A stretch of 64,000 nucleotides of DNA from Azolla caroliniana (GCA_043228905.1 JBHGNT010000018.1:8928001-8992000), one strand, 5' to 3'; counted from the stretch's first letter, positions 37,690-51,615 are shown. Notes: generated by a model not told the origin, from the sequence alone. Numbers and translations: made by a program.

Positions 37690-40600
37690 CCACATACTTT
37701 TTTATTTGCTCATAGTATCGAGCACAATGGTTTGCTTGAACAGCACGAACTACCACAAATGGAAAGGTAAGATGAAAGATCTTCTTTTTGTGAAAAAACT
37801 ACATTTACCTGTTTTCGCAGTCGCTAAACCGGAGAGCAAAACCACCGAGGAATGTTTTCGCAGTCGACAATGGGTAGGAGATAATGTCCTAAACCATATT
37901 GTGAATGAAACGGATGCCAAATCTCTATGGAACAAACTTTAAACATTCTATGCATCTAAGAAAGGTAACAATAAGTTGTTTTTGCTAAAACAAGCGATTC
38001 ATTTAGTGTATAAAGAAATTAATTCCATTTCAGATCATTTAAATGAATTTCGAGGATGTTTCAAGCAAGTTTTTGGTATGGGAGTGAAATTGGATGATGA
38101 GATTCTTGCATTATGGTTGTTAAATACTCTTCCTGATTCATGGGAAACTTTTAGGGTATCTTTAACTAATGCAGTCCCAAAAGGAATTGTGACTAGGGAA
38201 TATGTCAAGAGTGGTGTTCTAAATGAGGAAATGAGACAAAGGACACAAGGGGCATCATCACATTTGGAGGTCTTGATGGTTGATAGAGGGAGGACTAAGC
38301 ATAGAAGCCAAGGTCGAAACAACTGAGGGAGGAGTAGAAGTAAATCAAAACCCAGGTATAAAGATCTAGAATGTCCTTTTTGTGATAAAACAGGACACCT
38401 AAAGAGGTATTGTTACAAATGGAAAAAGGAGAACCACATATCTAATGGTAAACATGAACAGAACGATGATAATTCTACTCGTGTTAATACAACTTGCTCA
38501 GATGATTTACTTGTTGTTTATGATGAAAACGTAATTAATCTTGCTCACAATGAAACTAATTGGGTTGTTGATAGTGGAGCATCGTTCCATGTCACATCTA
38601 AAAGGGATTTTTTTACTTCTTATACTTCATGGGATTTTGGAGTTGTGAAGATGGGCAATGATGGCCTTTCAAAGGTGGTAGACACTTGGACTATTTGTTT
38701 GGAGACCAACACGGGATCAAAGTTGATTCTCAAGGAGGTAAGACATGAACCAGACATTCGTTTAAATCTTATCTCAACCGGCAGATTAGATGATCATGAT
38801 GGCTATTGCAACATCTTCAATGAGGGACAATGGAAACTCACTAGGGGCTCATTGGTTGTAGCTTGCGGTAAGAAATGCTCTAGTTTATATTTATTACAAG
38901 CGTCTATCTCTACTAATCTTGTGAATGCAGTTGAAAGCAACAATATGTCATAGCTATGGCATAAAAGGTTGTTTGGCATTAGTGAGAAGGGACTTGATTT
39001 CCTAGCAAAGAAAATCTTGCTTCCAGGTCTAAAAGATGTGAAGTTAGACATGTGCAATCATTCTGTGGTAGGAAAACAAAGAAGAGTCTTGTTCAAACAT
39101 CATTCTTCTTCAAGAAAGAAAGAGGTACTTGAGTTGGTACATTTAGATGTTTGTGGTTCTTTAAAGGTAAAGTCAATTGGTGGTGCACTCTATTTTGTTA
39201 CTTTTATTGATGATTATTCTAGAAAACTTTGGGTTCGAACATTGAAAATTAAGGACCAAGTATTTAATGTGTTCAAAGAATTTCATGCTTCTGTAGAAAG
39301 AGAGACAGGAAAGAAACTGAAATGCATTCGTGCCGACAATGGTGGGGATTATCATGGATCTTTCGATGCCTACTGTCGAGAGCATGGGATTAAGCATCAA
39401 AAGAAACCACCAAAAACCCTTGGTTGAAAGGATGAATAGAACTCTAGTTGAAAGAGTTCGATGCTTGCTCTCGTATGCGAAGTTATCCAAATCCTTTTGG
39501 GGTGAGGCTTTGAGTACCGTTGCATATGTTATTAACCTATCTCCTATTGTTCCATTATAGGGTGATGTTCCTAATAGAGTTTGGTATGGTAAGAATGTTT
39601 CATATCATCATTTACGTGTTTGGGTGTAAATGTTTTTGTAGATATACCTAAAGATGAACGGTCTAAGTTAGATGTTAAATCTAAAGAATGTATTTTTATT
39701 GGGTATGGCCAAGATGAGTTTGGTTACAGATGTTATGACCCAATAGAAAGAAAGCTTATTTGAAGTCGTGATGTGGTATTTGTTGAGCATCAAACTATTG
39801 AAGATATTGAAAAGGTCAAAGGATCCAACGCTCAAATAGATGGTGGCCTTATTGATTTTGACTTGATTCCTACGACCAAAGAAGCTACATATGGTGATGC
39901 TTCCCAACAAGACGATGACCGTGAGGATGTTGATGAACCATGTACTATAAATAATAGGGTTGAAGCTAATCATGATGATATTTTACCACAAACGGGCTTT
40001 GAGCGGGGGAAGAAAACTTCCTTACAAGAGGCGGTCAATCAACAACCTAGAAGGTCTATTAGAGAACGAAAACCATCTATAAGGTATCCTAGTTCAGATT
40101 ATGTCTTGATCTTTGACGAGGGGGAGTCTGAAAGTTATTATGATGTTTTAAACCACAAAGATAAGCATAATTGGATAAAAGCCATGCATGATGAAATGAA
40201 CTCGTTAATGAAAAATAATACCTTTGATTTAGGGGAATTTACTCAGGGAAGAAAAATTTTGAAAAATAAATTATGGGTATTTAAGTTAAAACAAGGTGAT
40301 GGTAAGGCTCGTTTAGTTGTAAAAGGTTTCGGCCAAAAGAAAGGTATTGATTTTGATGAAATTTTCTCACCAGTTCTGAAAATGAGTTCTATTCAACTTG
40401 TTTTAGGTTTGGCAGCCAGTTTAAATCTTGAGATTGAGTAGCTTGATGTAAAGACTGATTTCTTGCATGGAAAGAAGAGATCTACATGGAACAACCAGAG
40501 GGTTTCAAAGAGAAAGGAAAGGAGCATATGGTATGTAAGCTGAGAAAAAGTCATTATGGCAACCACCAAGACAATGGTATAAAAGGTTTGACTCATTTAT

Positions 40601-42272
40601 GGTGAGTCAAAACTACACCAAGACTAATGGAGATCATTGTGTGTATGTTAGGCATTTTTCTTAAGGTAATTTTATAATTCTCTTATTGTATGTCGATGAT
40701 ATGCTAATTGTAGGACAAGGTGTAGACAATATCCACAAGTTAAAGGTGGACCTATCTAAGTCCTTTCACATGAAAGATCTAGGACATGCTAAACATATTT
40801 TTGGCATGAAAATTAATCGCAATAGGGAATGTGGAAAGTTGTGGCTCTTTCAAGAAAAATACATAGAACGAGTATTAGAGAGGTTTAGTATGCATAATGC
40901 AAAAAGTACCCCCCTTGCTAACCATTTTAAATTATGTAGAAAAGATTGTCGAGATACCGAGCAAGAGAAAGAAGATATGTCTTCAATTCCTTACTCTTCA
41001 GTGATTGGCTCATTAATGTATGCTATGACAAGGCCAAATATTGCCCATGCTGTTAGTATTGTAAGTAGATATCTCTCCAATCCGGGTAAGTATCATTAGG
41101 ATGCTGTAAAATGGATTTTTTGATATTTAAGAGGTACATCAAAATTATGTCTATGTTTCGAAGATTCTAAACAAATTCTTGAAGGTTTGCCCGATGCAAA
41201 TATGGCAGGGGATCTTGATGGGAGAAAATCTACTTCGGCTTACCTATTTACATTTGTAGGGGGAGCCGTATCATAGCAATCTAAGTTGCAAAACTGTGTT
41301 GCTTTGTCTACAACAGAAGCAGGATATATTGCATCCACTGAAGCTGCCAAAGAGATGTTATGGTCGAAAAGGTTTGTTTCAGATTTGGATGTATGTCAAC
41401 TAACTTATGTAACCTTCTGTGATAGCCAAAGTGCAATAGATTTGAGCAAGAACTTGATGTACCATACTCTTATGAAACATTTTGATGTAAGGTATCATTG
41501 ATTGCACTCTACAACTCAAGAAAATTCACACAGATGAAAATGTTGTTGACATGTTGACAAAGGTAGTCTCAAAAGAAAAGCTTGAGCAATGTGTCAAGCT
41601 TGTTGGAATGAACACAAACTAAGTGCCTCAATGGAATCTTCTCCTATGTGGCCAGAGGGGGAGATTGTTAGGTTTTCTGTCCACATTCTTAGTATGTAAA
41701 TGGGCCTTGGATACCCAACATTGTATATTTTAAATATAGTGTGAAAATAGGTCACACAAGATGGAGTTACACATCTATACTCACTTTTTGAGAGTGAGTT
41801 AAAAAGGAGAACACGGGCATTTTTTTGCAGCAAAGAAAATTTAACAAATTTTTGAGAGCTCATACTCTCTTCTTTGGCACATTTCCTTCAACGCTCTAAA
41901 GTACACCAGTACATACGGACATCCAGACATCACCGCCTCCGTTACTAGCCACATGTTGTGAGTTTTTGGGTGGTTGTTTTTGTGTCTTTTAGTTGGGTTT
42001 AATTGTTGAGGAAATCTCATATTCCTTTCTTTCTCATAGTACTCTAACTTGTTTAGAGTAGAACTTTGGTGTATAAGATTTGCATTGATAGTGGATTATT
42101 TCTGGACTAGGTCCTGTGGTTTTTACCTCTTTGAGGGTTTTCCACGTTAAAAATTTGTGGTGTATTGTGCATAGTGTTTGATGTGTATCAAGTTCTTGTT
42201 TTCTTTTAATAATCTTGCACAACATCATTTCTGTCTACCATAAGTGATTAAGTGCTATTAAGTTTCCAATCA
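37690..42272 (+). mobile_element. Decayed Ty1/Copia: gag, protease, integrase, RT, RNase H, PPT and 3' LTR (~41666-42272)
   Basis: LNSTNY..WKGKM.DLL, WVVDSGASFH, ELVHLDVCG, FIDDYSR, LYVDDML and VALSTTEA motifs. PPT GAGGGGGAGA. Confidence 0.92.
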
Positions 42273-42556
42273 TGTGCCCCATGATAGTCCAGTTAGGGCA
42301 TTGAACTACCAAACTACTTGTTTGGGAAATAAAAGCTACGAATTTAATACTTCATATTGAACTTAATATTAAATATCTATCTACATATTTAGAGTTGTGT
42401 CTAACTATAAATAAATACTTATTGTTATGGATTTAGCATTCGAATTGTAATTTATACCAGTTTTACATCAGTTTCGGGCTCTAAGGATTTGTCATGATAT
42501 GAATTGCTCATTTTGAGTGTGGATTTATTAAAATTGAACGTGTTTTTATTCGAAGA

Positions 42557-45500
42557 TGTTAAGTAATTAGGTAATTAACTAGGGTTAATTAGAGACTAAT
42601 TATATGGTTACGTTAAGCAGCGGAAGATTAGTATGATATGCGTGTGAGAGTGTGTGAGAGGTAGAGAGAGAGAGAGGAAGTTACACTTGAACACAAAGAT
42701 AAATGGGGGATGATTGACTATATTGAAAAGTGTCATCAACATACAAAAATACCCACAATGAGGTATATATACAACCCATGTGCAAGGGTGCACATGTGTG
42801 GGTAGAACATAGGTACTTGTGTGTAAGTCCACATTAAATGTACTAAGGAGTGGAGGATCTAGAATATCCCACTTCAGTACAAGGTCCTATTTAAAGGCTT
42901 AAGGTCAACACATTAACTAGATTCGATCTAGGTAACTACTAAGTTACATGTGTTGACTAACTAGATTAAACTAGTTGAGCTTGATATCTTAACACACCCC
43001 CTCAAGCTCAAGTGTGAGGCGTCCAACGTCCGGTTTAGCTTCCTTCGGCTTCGTCGGCATCAGTGCGGCTTGCGGCTTTCTTCGCGGTGTTGTGTGGCTT
43101 TCTTCACGTCTTCACGGCTTTGTTGCGCGGCTCTCCGCAGCTTTGTTGCGCGGCTTTCTTCGCATATTTGCGGCTTCGTTGCGCGGTTCTCCGCGGTTTT
43201 GTTCTCCCCCTCAAGCCAATGACGAAGGCTTGGATCCTCGGGCTCTTGTTCGGCCACTACCTTCATTGCGAGGGCATAGTGATGGGCCATATACTCGTTG
43301 TAGGCGTAATGAGTGATTTGGGTCTTCGCTCGTGATGAGCGGCGGAGTTTCTCGTTTGTCGATGTGAGTGCCTTCTTTACTCCGGATGTCCTCATGATGG
43401 GTACACCGAACTCATTGTCTAGTGAGCGAGCCGAATCATCTGAATCACGGTCGTCGGGGTGGACCTCGACTTCGTATTTGGGCATATTACCTTTGCCTTT
43501 GTCCGATGTCGGACTTGGCCGCGACGTGTTTTCATCGCATGGAGGCTCTTGTGGGCCAATTAGCTCGGTAGAGCTTGGATTGTCCTTCGGTGGAGGACTT
43601 GGCCGAGTTTCGTCGTCCGAGTTGGCGTTCAACTCTCGGGTCGGATGGAGTCGCATCGGGCTTATACCAAGATGCCGATTCGTCGAAAACGATGTCGCGA
43701 CTTATCCGCACCGCTCGGGTCGAAGGGTTGAAGCACTTGTACGCCTTTTTTGCAGACAAGTATCCTATGAGGATACATTCTTCCGACTTCGCGTCGGGCT
43801 TCTCTCCACTTTCGTTCGGGATGCGTACATTCGCAATGCTTCCGAACACCTTGAGGTGCGAGAGGATGGGCTTTCTTCCAATGAAGATCTCGTATGGAGT
43901 AAGCTCGTGCACACTATTTGTGGTGCATCGATTCATGAGATAGACGGCCGTGGATGCCACTTCCGCCCAATAGAAGTTCGGCATGTGCTTCTCACGCATC
44001 ATGGCGCGTGTTACCTTGAGTATTTGCCGATTCTTTCTCTCGGCTACTCCGTTATGTTGGGGAGTGTGTCGGCATGAGAATTCTCTACGAATGCCTTCAC
44101 CTTGGAGGTAGGAGGTGAACTCGTCGGAGAAGTACTCCTTTCCTTCGTCTGATCGTAGGCATCGAATATGCCGACCGGTTTCTTTCTCCACTTGGCTTTT
44201 GAGCCTTTGAAAGTGGGAGAGCACTTCGCTCTTCTTCTTCATCGGGTATATCCACGCGTAGCGCGTGTGTTCGTTGATGAAGGTGACGTAGTAGTGGCAT
44301 CCACCGAGCGTCGGCGTTTGAGCCGGTCCCCATACGTCCAAGTGGATTATGTCAAGGAGGCCTTTGCTTGCGGAGCTCTCCTTCGGGAATGGGAGTCGAT
44401 GTTGTTTGCTGAGTTGGCATGCTTCGCACACTCGGTCGACTCGTTTCGATTCGAAAGCTGGAAGTCCGATTACGACTCCCTTTGATTGCATTCCGCGAAG
44501 TTGTTGGAGGTTTATGTGGCCAATTCGCTTGTGCCACAACTCGATGTTTGTCTCGGTCTTGAGACCTTTGGCATACATGGCCGATTTTACCTCGTTCAAG
44601 TCGAGGATGAACAAGCGACCGTCTCTCCGTCCCTTGGCTATGAGTCGGTCGTCTTTCTCGATGAAGTAACCTTCATTGTTGAAGCGGACTTGCATGCCTT
44701 GCTCCGCGATTTGGCCGACCGAGACCAAATTGTTTGTTATTGTGGGCACGTGCAAGACATTCTTGATGCAGTTTTGCTCGCCTTCTTTCCCGAATGGGAC
44801 ATCGCCGATGTGCCGAATGGGATGCGGAGTGTCGTCTCCGGTCTCTATGTAGCTGGGTCGATCCGGCGTTCGCAAGTCGCGAAACTACTCTTGGTGCGAC
44901 GTCATGTGGTGCGAGGCGTCGGAGTCTATGAACCACGCGGGTTCGGAGTTGGAGGTGCTTGCGGAGTTTGCGGGATCGGAGGCCATCATAGAGTTCGCTC
45001 TATGCCTCATCACGAAGAGTCGCCGTAGTCCGCGTATTCCGCGTTCGCGGCATAATTTGTGAGTTGCCGGCTTGTTGAAGCCGACTCGCTTCGTCTTTTT
45101 CGGCACTCCTCTTCGCGATGGCCGATTTTGCCGCAATAGTTGCACGTAGGTGGCGTCGTTCGCCGACCTTGTTCGGCGTGGAAGCTCCCCCTTCTTGTGA
45201 AGGTTTCTCGATGGCTTCCGTTTCCTTGCCGAAATTGTGAATTCCCTTCATGGGATAGGTCGAATTGACCTCTTCCGCGTCGACCTCGTCTATGGGCACC
45301 ATCCGTATCGGAGAAGAGCATTTGTCCTTCCGATGTGTTGGTCTTTGGTTGAACGTGGTTTTCTTCGACCAATAGCATTGATTGGAGGTTGAAGAACGAG
45401 GGAGGGGTATCTCTCGCCAAGATTGCCGTTCTCAACGGGTTGAATCGTTGTGCGAGGCCACCCAAGCATACTTGCACCATCTCGTCCTCATTGATGTTGA

Positions 45501-46510
45501 CGTTGATGGACCCAAGCGAGTCGCAAATGCTCTTGATCTTGGCGGTGTAGTCCGTCATAGACATTTGTTTTTGTCGTATGTTGTTCAACTCTTACCGGAG
45601 TTGAAGCTTGCGCACGAATGTGTCCGCAGCGAAAATCTTCTTGAGATTTTCCTACACCTCTTTGGGCGTCTTGGCATCACGAATGTGGCTAAGCATGTGG
45701 TTGTTTACACATGTTGCCAAGCAATACATTACCTAACTCGCGCCTTGTTCCCATGCTGGGTAGTTGGCGTGTGTTGTTTCGGGTTTGTTTTCTTGTGCGC
45801 CGTTATACCCTTGGCCGACAAGGTATTGATTCATCTTGTACTCCCAAGATGAATAGTTGCTTCGGTCTAGCTTTTCGCTAGGGAGTGAGCTTCCCATTTG
45901 TATGTTCATGTTGATTGTTGTGTCTTCCGTTTTGTTTTTCTTCTCTTGGTTGCGTACATGTCCTTCGTAGCGGCACTACGGTAGCGGATAGCGAATAGCT
46001 GGGATTTGTCGTCGGCATCTCGAACACACAATCACGAATAAGTGGTGGGCTTAGTGCATTTCCGAAACCACGCACTCTGATACCATGTAAAGTAATTAGG
46101 TAATTAACTAGGGTTAATTAGAGACTAATTATATGGTTACGTTAAGCAGCGGAAGATTAGTATGATATGCGTGTGAGAGTGTGTGAGAGGAAGAGAGAGA
46201 GAGAGAGAAAGTTACACTTGAACACAAGGATAAATGGGGGATGATTGACTATATTGAAAAGTGTCATCAACATACAAAAATACCCACAATGAGGTATATA
46301 TACAACCCATGTGTGGGTAGAACATAGGTACTTATGTGTAAGTCCTACATTAAATGTACTAAGGAGTGGAGGATGTAGAATATCCCACTTAAGTACAAGG
46401 TCCTATTTAAAGGCTTAAGGTCAACACATTAACTAGATTCGATCTAGGTAACTACTAAGTTACATGTGTTGACTAACTAGATTAAACTAGTTGAGCTTGA
46501 TATCTCAACA
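42557..46510 (-). mobile_element. Ty1/Copia with both LTRs (46086-46510 and 42557-42994), iMet PBS, gag-protease-integrase; RT and RNase H deleted
   Basis: TSD GAAGA. PBS TGGTATCAGAG. LWHKRIGH..CEAC, HLDVWGP and LRSD motifs. Coding jumps from EQEPE to the 3' end. The empty site is visible at ~53088. Confidence 0.95.
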
Positions 46511-47099
46511 GAAGACTTTGCCTCTTCAACATTTAGAGCTACGATTAGGGTTTATTATGATATATGAATATGGGCATATATGAGCTTTGTTAAGATTTTC
46601 ATGAAAAAATCTCATGATAGAAAAGTAGGATTCCATTCACTTGAGTCAATTGCACCACTAACTTGTTAAACGCTCTACACTAGCTCTGTTAACACCATTT
46701 CTAATTCATCTAGTTTGCCCCATACCAACACCTCTATTTCATGTACTAACTCTCCTTGCATTTCCACCACCAACTCTTCTTCTTGTGCTCTTCTTACTTC
46801 ACTTTCTAATGTTTTGCTCACCAATAATGAAGATGTTTTTTTAATGCAATGCCAGGAAATGAGATTGTGAGTGACGAAAGAATGGGCAAAATTTTGATAA
46901 AATGTGATCAATGTCATGGTATTCAATTAGAGGGAGATATATTTAGCTTAGAGTTTATTGACATTGTCATTTTCTGATTCACCATTTCAATATGACATTT
47001 TCCTGTTATTACCCTTTTTTTTTCAAAAAGATTTCCTTCATTAGTATTAAGAGAAGTGATTGAGGGCTACGAAAATGTAAATCAGAGATTATTATATAC

Positions 47100-47910
47100 G
47101 AAAGAAATGTTTAGGGCAAGGACCAGGGGTGTTGATATCTCTAGAATGGTCCTTTAGAGGAAACTATGAAGAACGGTAATTTCCTCCATAATTGCAATAA
47201 TTTTTTCGTTTTTTTTAGTACAACCTCTGAAGAGCCTGGAATATTGTCATATTGCCCTACATAACTGCCAATAAGCTCCCCCATCATTCCAACAATATAT
47301 CTAAGAGAAGAGGAATTATGGACCGTTATCGTCTTTTACAACGATACTTCCATAATATCCATAATATCCATAATGTAACCGTAGGTATTGTTTTCCATAC
47401 ATGAGTTGCACGCATTTGCTTACGAGGTTGTTGAAAATGGGAGACAGTAATGAAATGTATGTTGATGACTGTCATAGGCTCCGGAACATCATCTGTTTCA
47501 TACAACAAGAAACTAGAATGGAGAACCCCCCATACCATTGATCCCCAAGAGAAGAGGCAACCTACATTAATTGTGAGGATTAAAGAGATAACTTTATTCC
47601 ATACCCGTTGGTCTATTGAGCATGACCAGAGAGCATGCTTGGTAGTTTCTTGCATGTCACCGCAATAACAACATTCTCTAAGACTTGTTGCCACACCTCC
47701 AATCAATGACTAACCTACTAGTAGTGCTACCTGTAGTAAAAGCCATCTAAAGTGAATATATTTCGGTTGTCCCTTGAAAGACCAAATCCATGTCCAATAT
47801 GCCTTCAACTCAGTGCTTCAAATACCCCACTTATTCCAGTGCATTTGAGCTACATGAGTTAAAATATTCTTAGACATGAGTAAGGTTCTGACCAATTTCA
47901 CGTTGTACAC
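47100..47910 (-). mobile_element. LINE 3'-end relic (zf-RVT), with a paralogue at ~53830-54173 plus 61300-61750
   Basis: CCYCGDMQETTKHALWSC..WILWKYRC. Confidence 0.75.
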
Positions 47911-48158
47911 GAAGGAAGCTTTCTTGAAAATATTTCATATGGCTATTTGATTTAATAAAAGGATTCTCAACAATTCTCACAAATATTTCCATCGTTGAGC
48001 ATTAGACTATGAGCCTTCTTCTGGCTTGCTATGTGTGAGATCCACAATTTATGCTTTCTCTCTGCTCATTTGGAGAACAGGTCGATAGGATTTGGACTAA
48101 AGGAGTTCAGATAGATTGAGATAGGCTATCAATGCTTAAATTTGTCATGAGAGGAAAA

Positions 48159-48231
48159 TGGAGACATGGAGTATCGATACCCATACCTCTTGCATGCTAA
48201 GCGAGCACTCTACCGTGTGAGTTACATGCCC
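48159..48231 (-). pseudogene. tRNA-Ala(AGC) pseudogene, chimeric with a TGC-type 5' part and upstream flank
   Basis: 73 nt with anticodon loop TTAGCAT and several stem mismatches. Confidence 0.85.
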
Positions 48232-48839
48232 ATCATGTTTATTCGAAATACGAGTAGAATTTAAGTATAATTAGCACGTTATAATATTTTTTTCCTTTTA
48301 AATTCTATTGTTAATTTCCTCAGCTCAAATTCTAACTAGTATATTTGTAGTGACAGAAAATTTAGATATTGGCTATCAACTTGTATTTCACGCACGCGAT
48401 AAAAGCATTCTTGTATATATTTCAAAATGGTTTTTTGATTTAATTAAAGGATTTTCAAGATTTCTCACAAATATTTCCATCGTTGAGCATTAGACTATGA
48501 GCCTCCCTTTGGTTGAGCATTACACTATGAGCCTTCCTCTGGCTTCCTCAGTGTGACATCCACAACTTATACTTTCTCTTCACTCATTTGGAAAACAGGT
48601 CAATAGAACAATATTCTTTTTTGTGCAACATTGTTATTATATTTGTGAATCAAATTTTCGGTTGAAGTTTCGAAGTCAATAGCTTTATTTCTAGTTTTTC
48701 CTGATACTTTTGTACGAATATGAATGACAACATGGGCATCGACCCTTCCGAGATCGTCCTCAAGCCAATCAGAATAACATTCTTGACATGAAGAGACTTA
48801 AAGATATCTTTCCATTTAGTAATTCAGAATGATACAAAA

Positions 48840-48912
48840 TGGAGAAGCGGGGTATCGATCCCCGTGACTCTCCCATGCAAAGCGAGCGCTCTACCATGAG
48901 AGCTAAATCCCC
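48840..48912 (-). tRNA. tRNA-Ala(TGC), probably a pseudogene
   Basis: GGGGATTTAGCTCTCATGGTAGAGCGCTCGCTTTGCATGGGAG..GGGGATCGATACCCCGCTTCTCCA followed by TTTT. Confidence 0.8.
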
Positions 48913-49157
48913 ACCATATTTAGAATTTTTCGCATTTAATCCAAGTACGAGTAGAATTTAAATGTAATTAGCACGTTACAATAGTTTGTCGTTTTAAATT
49001 TTATTGTTAATTTCCTCAACTCAAATTCTAACTAGTATCTTTGTAGTACCTTGTATTTCACGCACGCGACGAAAGTATTCTTGTATATATTTCAAATGGC
49101 TATTCGATTTAATGAAAGGATTTTCCACAATTCTCACTAATTTGTAATGATACAAAA

Positions 49158-49230
49158 TGGAGAAACTGGTTCTCGATCCCCGTGCCTCTCGCATGCAAAA
49201 CGAGCGCTCTACTCTGTGAGCTACATCCCC
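49158..49230 (-). pseudogene. tRNA-Ala(TGC) pseudogene
   Basis: 73 nt with damaged D-loop GG and T-arm. Confidence 0.85.
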
Positions 49231-49661
49231 ATCATATTTACAATCATTCACATTTAATCCAAATACGAGTAGAATTTAAATATAATTAGAACATTAAATT
49301 AGTTTTTTGTTTTAAATTCTAGTGTTAATTTCCCGAGCTCAAATTCTAATTAGTATATTTGTAGTGACACAAAATTTAGAAATTGGCTATCAACCTTGTA
49401 TTTCACGCACGCAACAAAACCATTCTTGCATATATTTCAAAATGGCTATTCAATTTAATTAAAGGATTTTCAAGAATTCTCACTAATATTTCCATCGTTG
49501 AGCATTACTGTATGAGCCTCCCTCTGGCTTCCTAAGTGTGACATTCACAATTTATGCTTTCTCTCCACTCATTTAGAGAACGGGTTGATTGGATTTGGAC
49601 TAATGGAGCTGAGATAGTTTGAGATAGGCTATTAATACTTACATTTGTCATCAGAGGAAAT

Positions 49662-49734
49662 TGGAGATGCGGGGTATCGATCCCCATACCTCTCGCATGC
49701 TAAGCGAGCACTCTACCATTTGAGCTACATCCCC
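49662..49734 (-). tRNA. tRNA-Ala(AGC), best-preserved copy, potentially functional
   Basis: GGGGATGTAGCTCAAATGGTAGAGTGCTCGCTTAGCATGCGAGAGGTATGGGGATCGATACCCCGCATCTCCA forms a full cloverleaf with G3:U70. Its only changes from the typical plant sequence are two C>T substitutions that give G:U pairs. Confidence 0.88.
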
Positions 49735-50095
49735 AAAAAAAATTCCTTTAGGATTTACAAAGAGTAGAATGACATGTAACAGAGAATGCTTATTTATAAA
49801 TCTAGGTAATAGACTGTACTAATAGTTATTTCCAAATCTTTAAAGTAATTCCGAGAGGTCACTTTTAAATTAATACGGTTGTGAATTGAATTTATATTTG
49901 TGAATCGAATTTATAGGTGAAGTTTCAAAATTAATAGCTTTATTTCTAGATTTTCCTAATACATTTGTATGAACACGAATGACGACATGGGCATCGACCC
50001 TTCCAAGATCGTCCTCACTCAAATCAGAATGACATTCTTGATGTGAAAAGACTTAAAGATTATCTTTCAATTTGGTAATTCGTAATGATACACAA

Positions 50096-50168
50096 TAGAG
50101 AAGCGAGGTATCAGTCCCAATGTCTCTCGCATGCAAAGCGAGAGCTCTACCATGTGAGCTACATCCCC
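50096..50168 (-). pseudogene. tRNA-Ala(TGC) pseudogene
   Basis: Intact anticodon arm, damaged B-box. Confidence 0.85.
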
Positions 50169-50597
50169 ATCATATTTAGAATTCTTCGCATTTAATACAA
50201 ATACGAGTAGAATTTAAATATAATTAGCACGTTATAATAGTTTTTTCTTTGAATTCTACTGTTAATTTTCTCAGCTCAAATTCCAACTAGTATCTTTGTA
50301 GTGACACAAAATTTAGAAATTGGCTATCAACCTTGTATTTCACGCACGCAACAAAACCATTCTTCTATATATTTCAAATGGCTATTCTATTTAATGAAAG
50401 GAATTTCCACAATTCTCAGAAATATTTCCATCGTTGAGCATTAGACTATGAGCCTTCTTCTGGCTTCCTAAGTGTGACATCCACAATTTATGCTTTCTCT
50501 CCGCTTATTTGGAGAATAGGTCAATTGGATTTGGTCTAATGGAGTTGAGATTGTTTGAGATAGGATATTAATGCTTAAATTTGTCATGAGAGGAAAT

Positions 50598-50670
50598 TGG
50601 AGATGCGGTGTATCGATCCCCATACCTATCACATGCTAAGCGAGCTCTTTACCATTTGAGCTTCATCCCC
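50598..50670 (-). pseudogene. tRNA-Ala(AGC) pseudogene
   Basis: 73 nt with multiple substitutions. Confidence 0.85.
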
Positions 50671-51113
50671 AAATTAAATTCCTTTAGGATTTACAAAGAG
50701 TAGAATGACATGTAACAAAGAATACTTATCTATAAATCTAGGTAATAGCCTGTACTAATAGTTGTTTCCAAATCTTAAAAGTAATCCCGTGAAGTCACTT
50801 TTAAATTAATACGGTTGTGATAATGCCATCAACTCCATACATCCGCTACGCCAAGCATGCAGTTTAGGTTTGAGAATCGACCAATATTCTTTTTTGTGCA
50901 ACATTGTTATTATATTTGTGAATTGAATTTCCAGGTGAAGTTTCGAAGTTCATAGCTTTATTTCTAGTTCTTCCTAATACATTTGTACGAATATGAATGA
51001 CGACATGGGCATCGACCCTTCCGAGATCTTCACCAAGCAAATCAGAATGACATTCTTGACATGAATAGACTTAATGATTTCCTATCAATTTAGTAATTCG
51101 TAATGATATACAA

Positions 51114-51186
51114 TGTAGAAGCGGTGTATCGATCTGTATGTCTCTCGCATGCAAAGCGAGCGCTCTACCATGTGAGCTACATCCCC
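51114..51186 (-). pseudogene. tRNA-Ala(TGC) pseudogene
   Basis: 5' half is intact; T-stem and acceptor 3' side are mutated. Confidence 0.85.
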
Positions 51187-51615
51187 ATCATATTTAGAAT
51201 TCTTCGCATTTAATACAAATACGAGTAGAATTTAAATATAATTAACACGTTATAATAGTTTTTCCTTTTAAATTCTACTGTTAATTTCCTCAACTAAAAT
51301 TCTAACTAGTATATTTGTAGTGACAAAAAATTTAGAAATTGGCTATCAACGTTGTATTTCATGGACACAACAAAATATTCTTGTATATATTTCAAATGGT
51401 TCTTGAATCTAATGAAAGGATTTTCAACAATTCTCACAAATATTTCCATTGTTGGCCATTAGACTATGAGCCTTCTTCTAGGTTCCTAAGGATGACATTC
51501 ACAATTCATGCTTTCTCTCCGCTCGGTCGGAGAACAGGTCGATTGGATTTGGACTAATGTAGTTGAGATAGTTTGAGATAGGCTATTAATGCTTAAATTT
51601 TTCATGAGAGGAAAT

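Noticed and set aside
43313-45852. Long + strand ORFs opposite the Copia polyprotein
   Set aside because: Antisense shadows of a GC-rich coding strand.
49980-50015. GGGTCGATGCCCATGTCGTCA in the array spacer as a third tRNA
   Set aside because: Only a weak B-box-like resemblance, with no A-box or cloverleaf.
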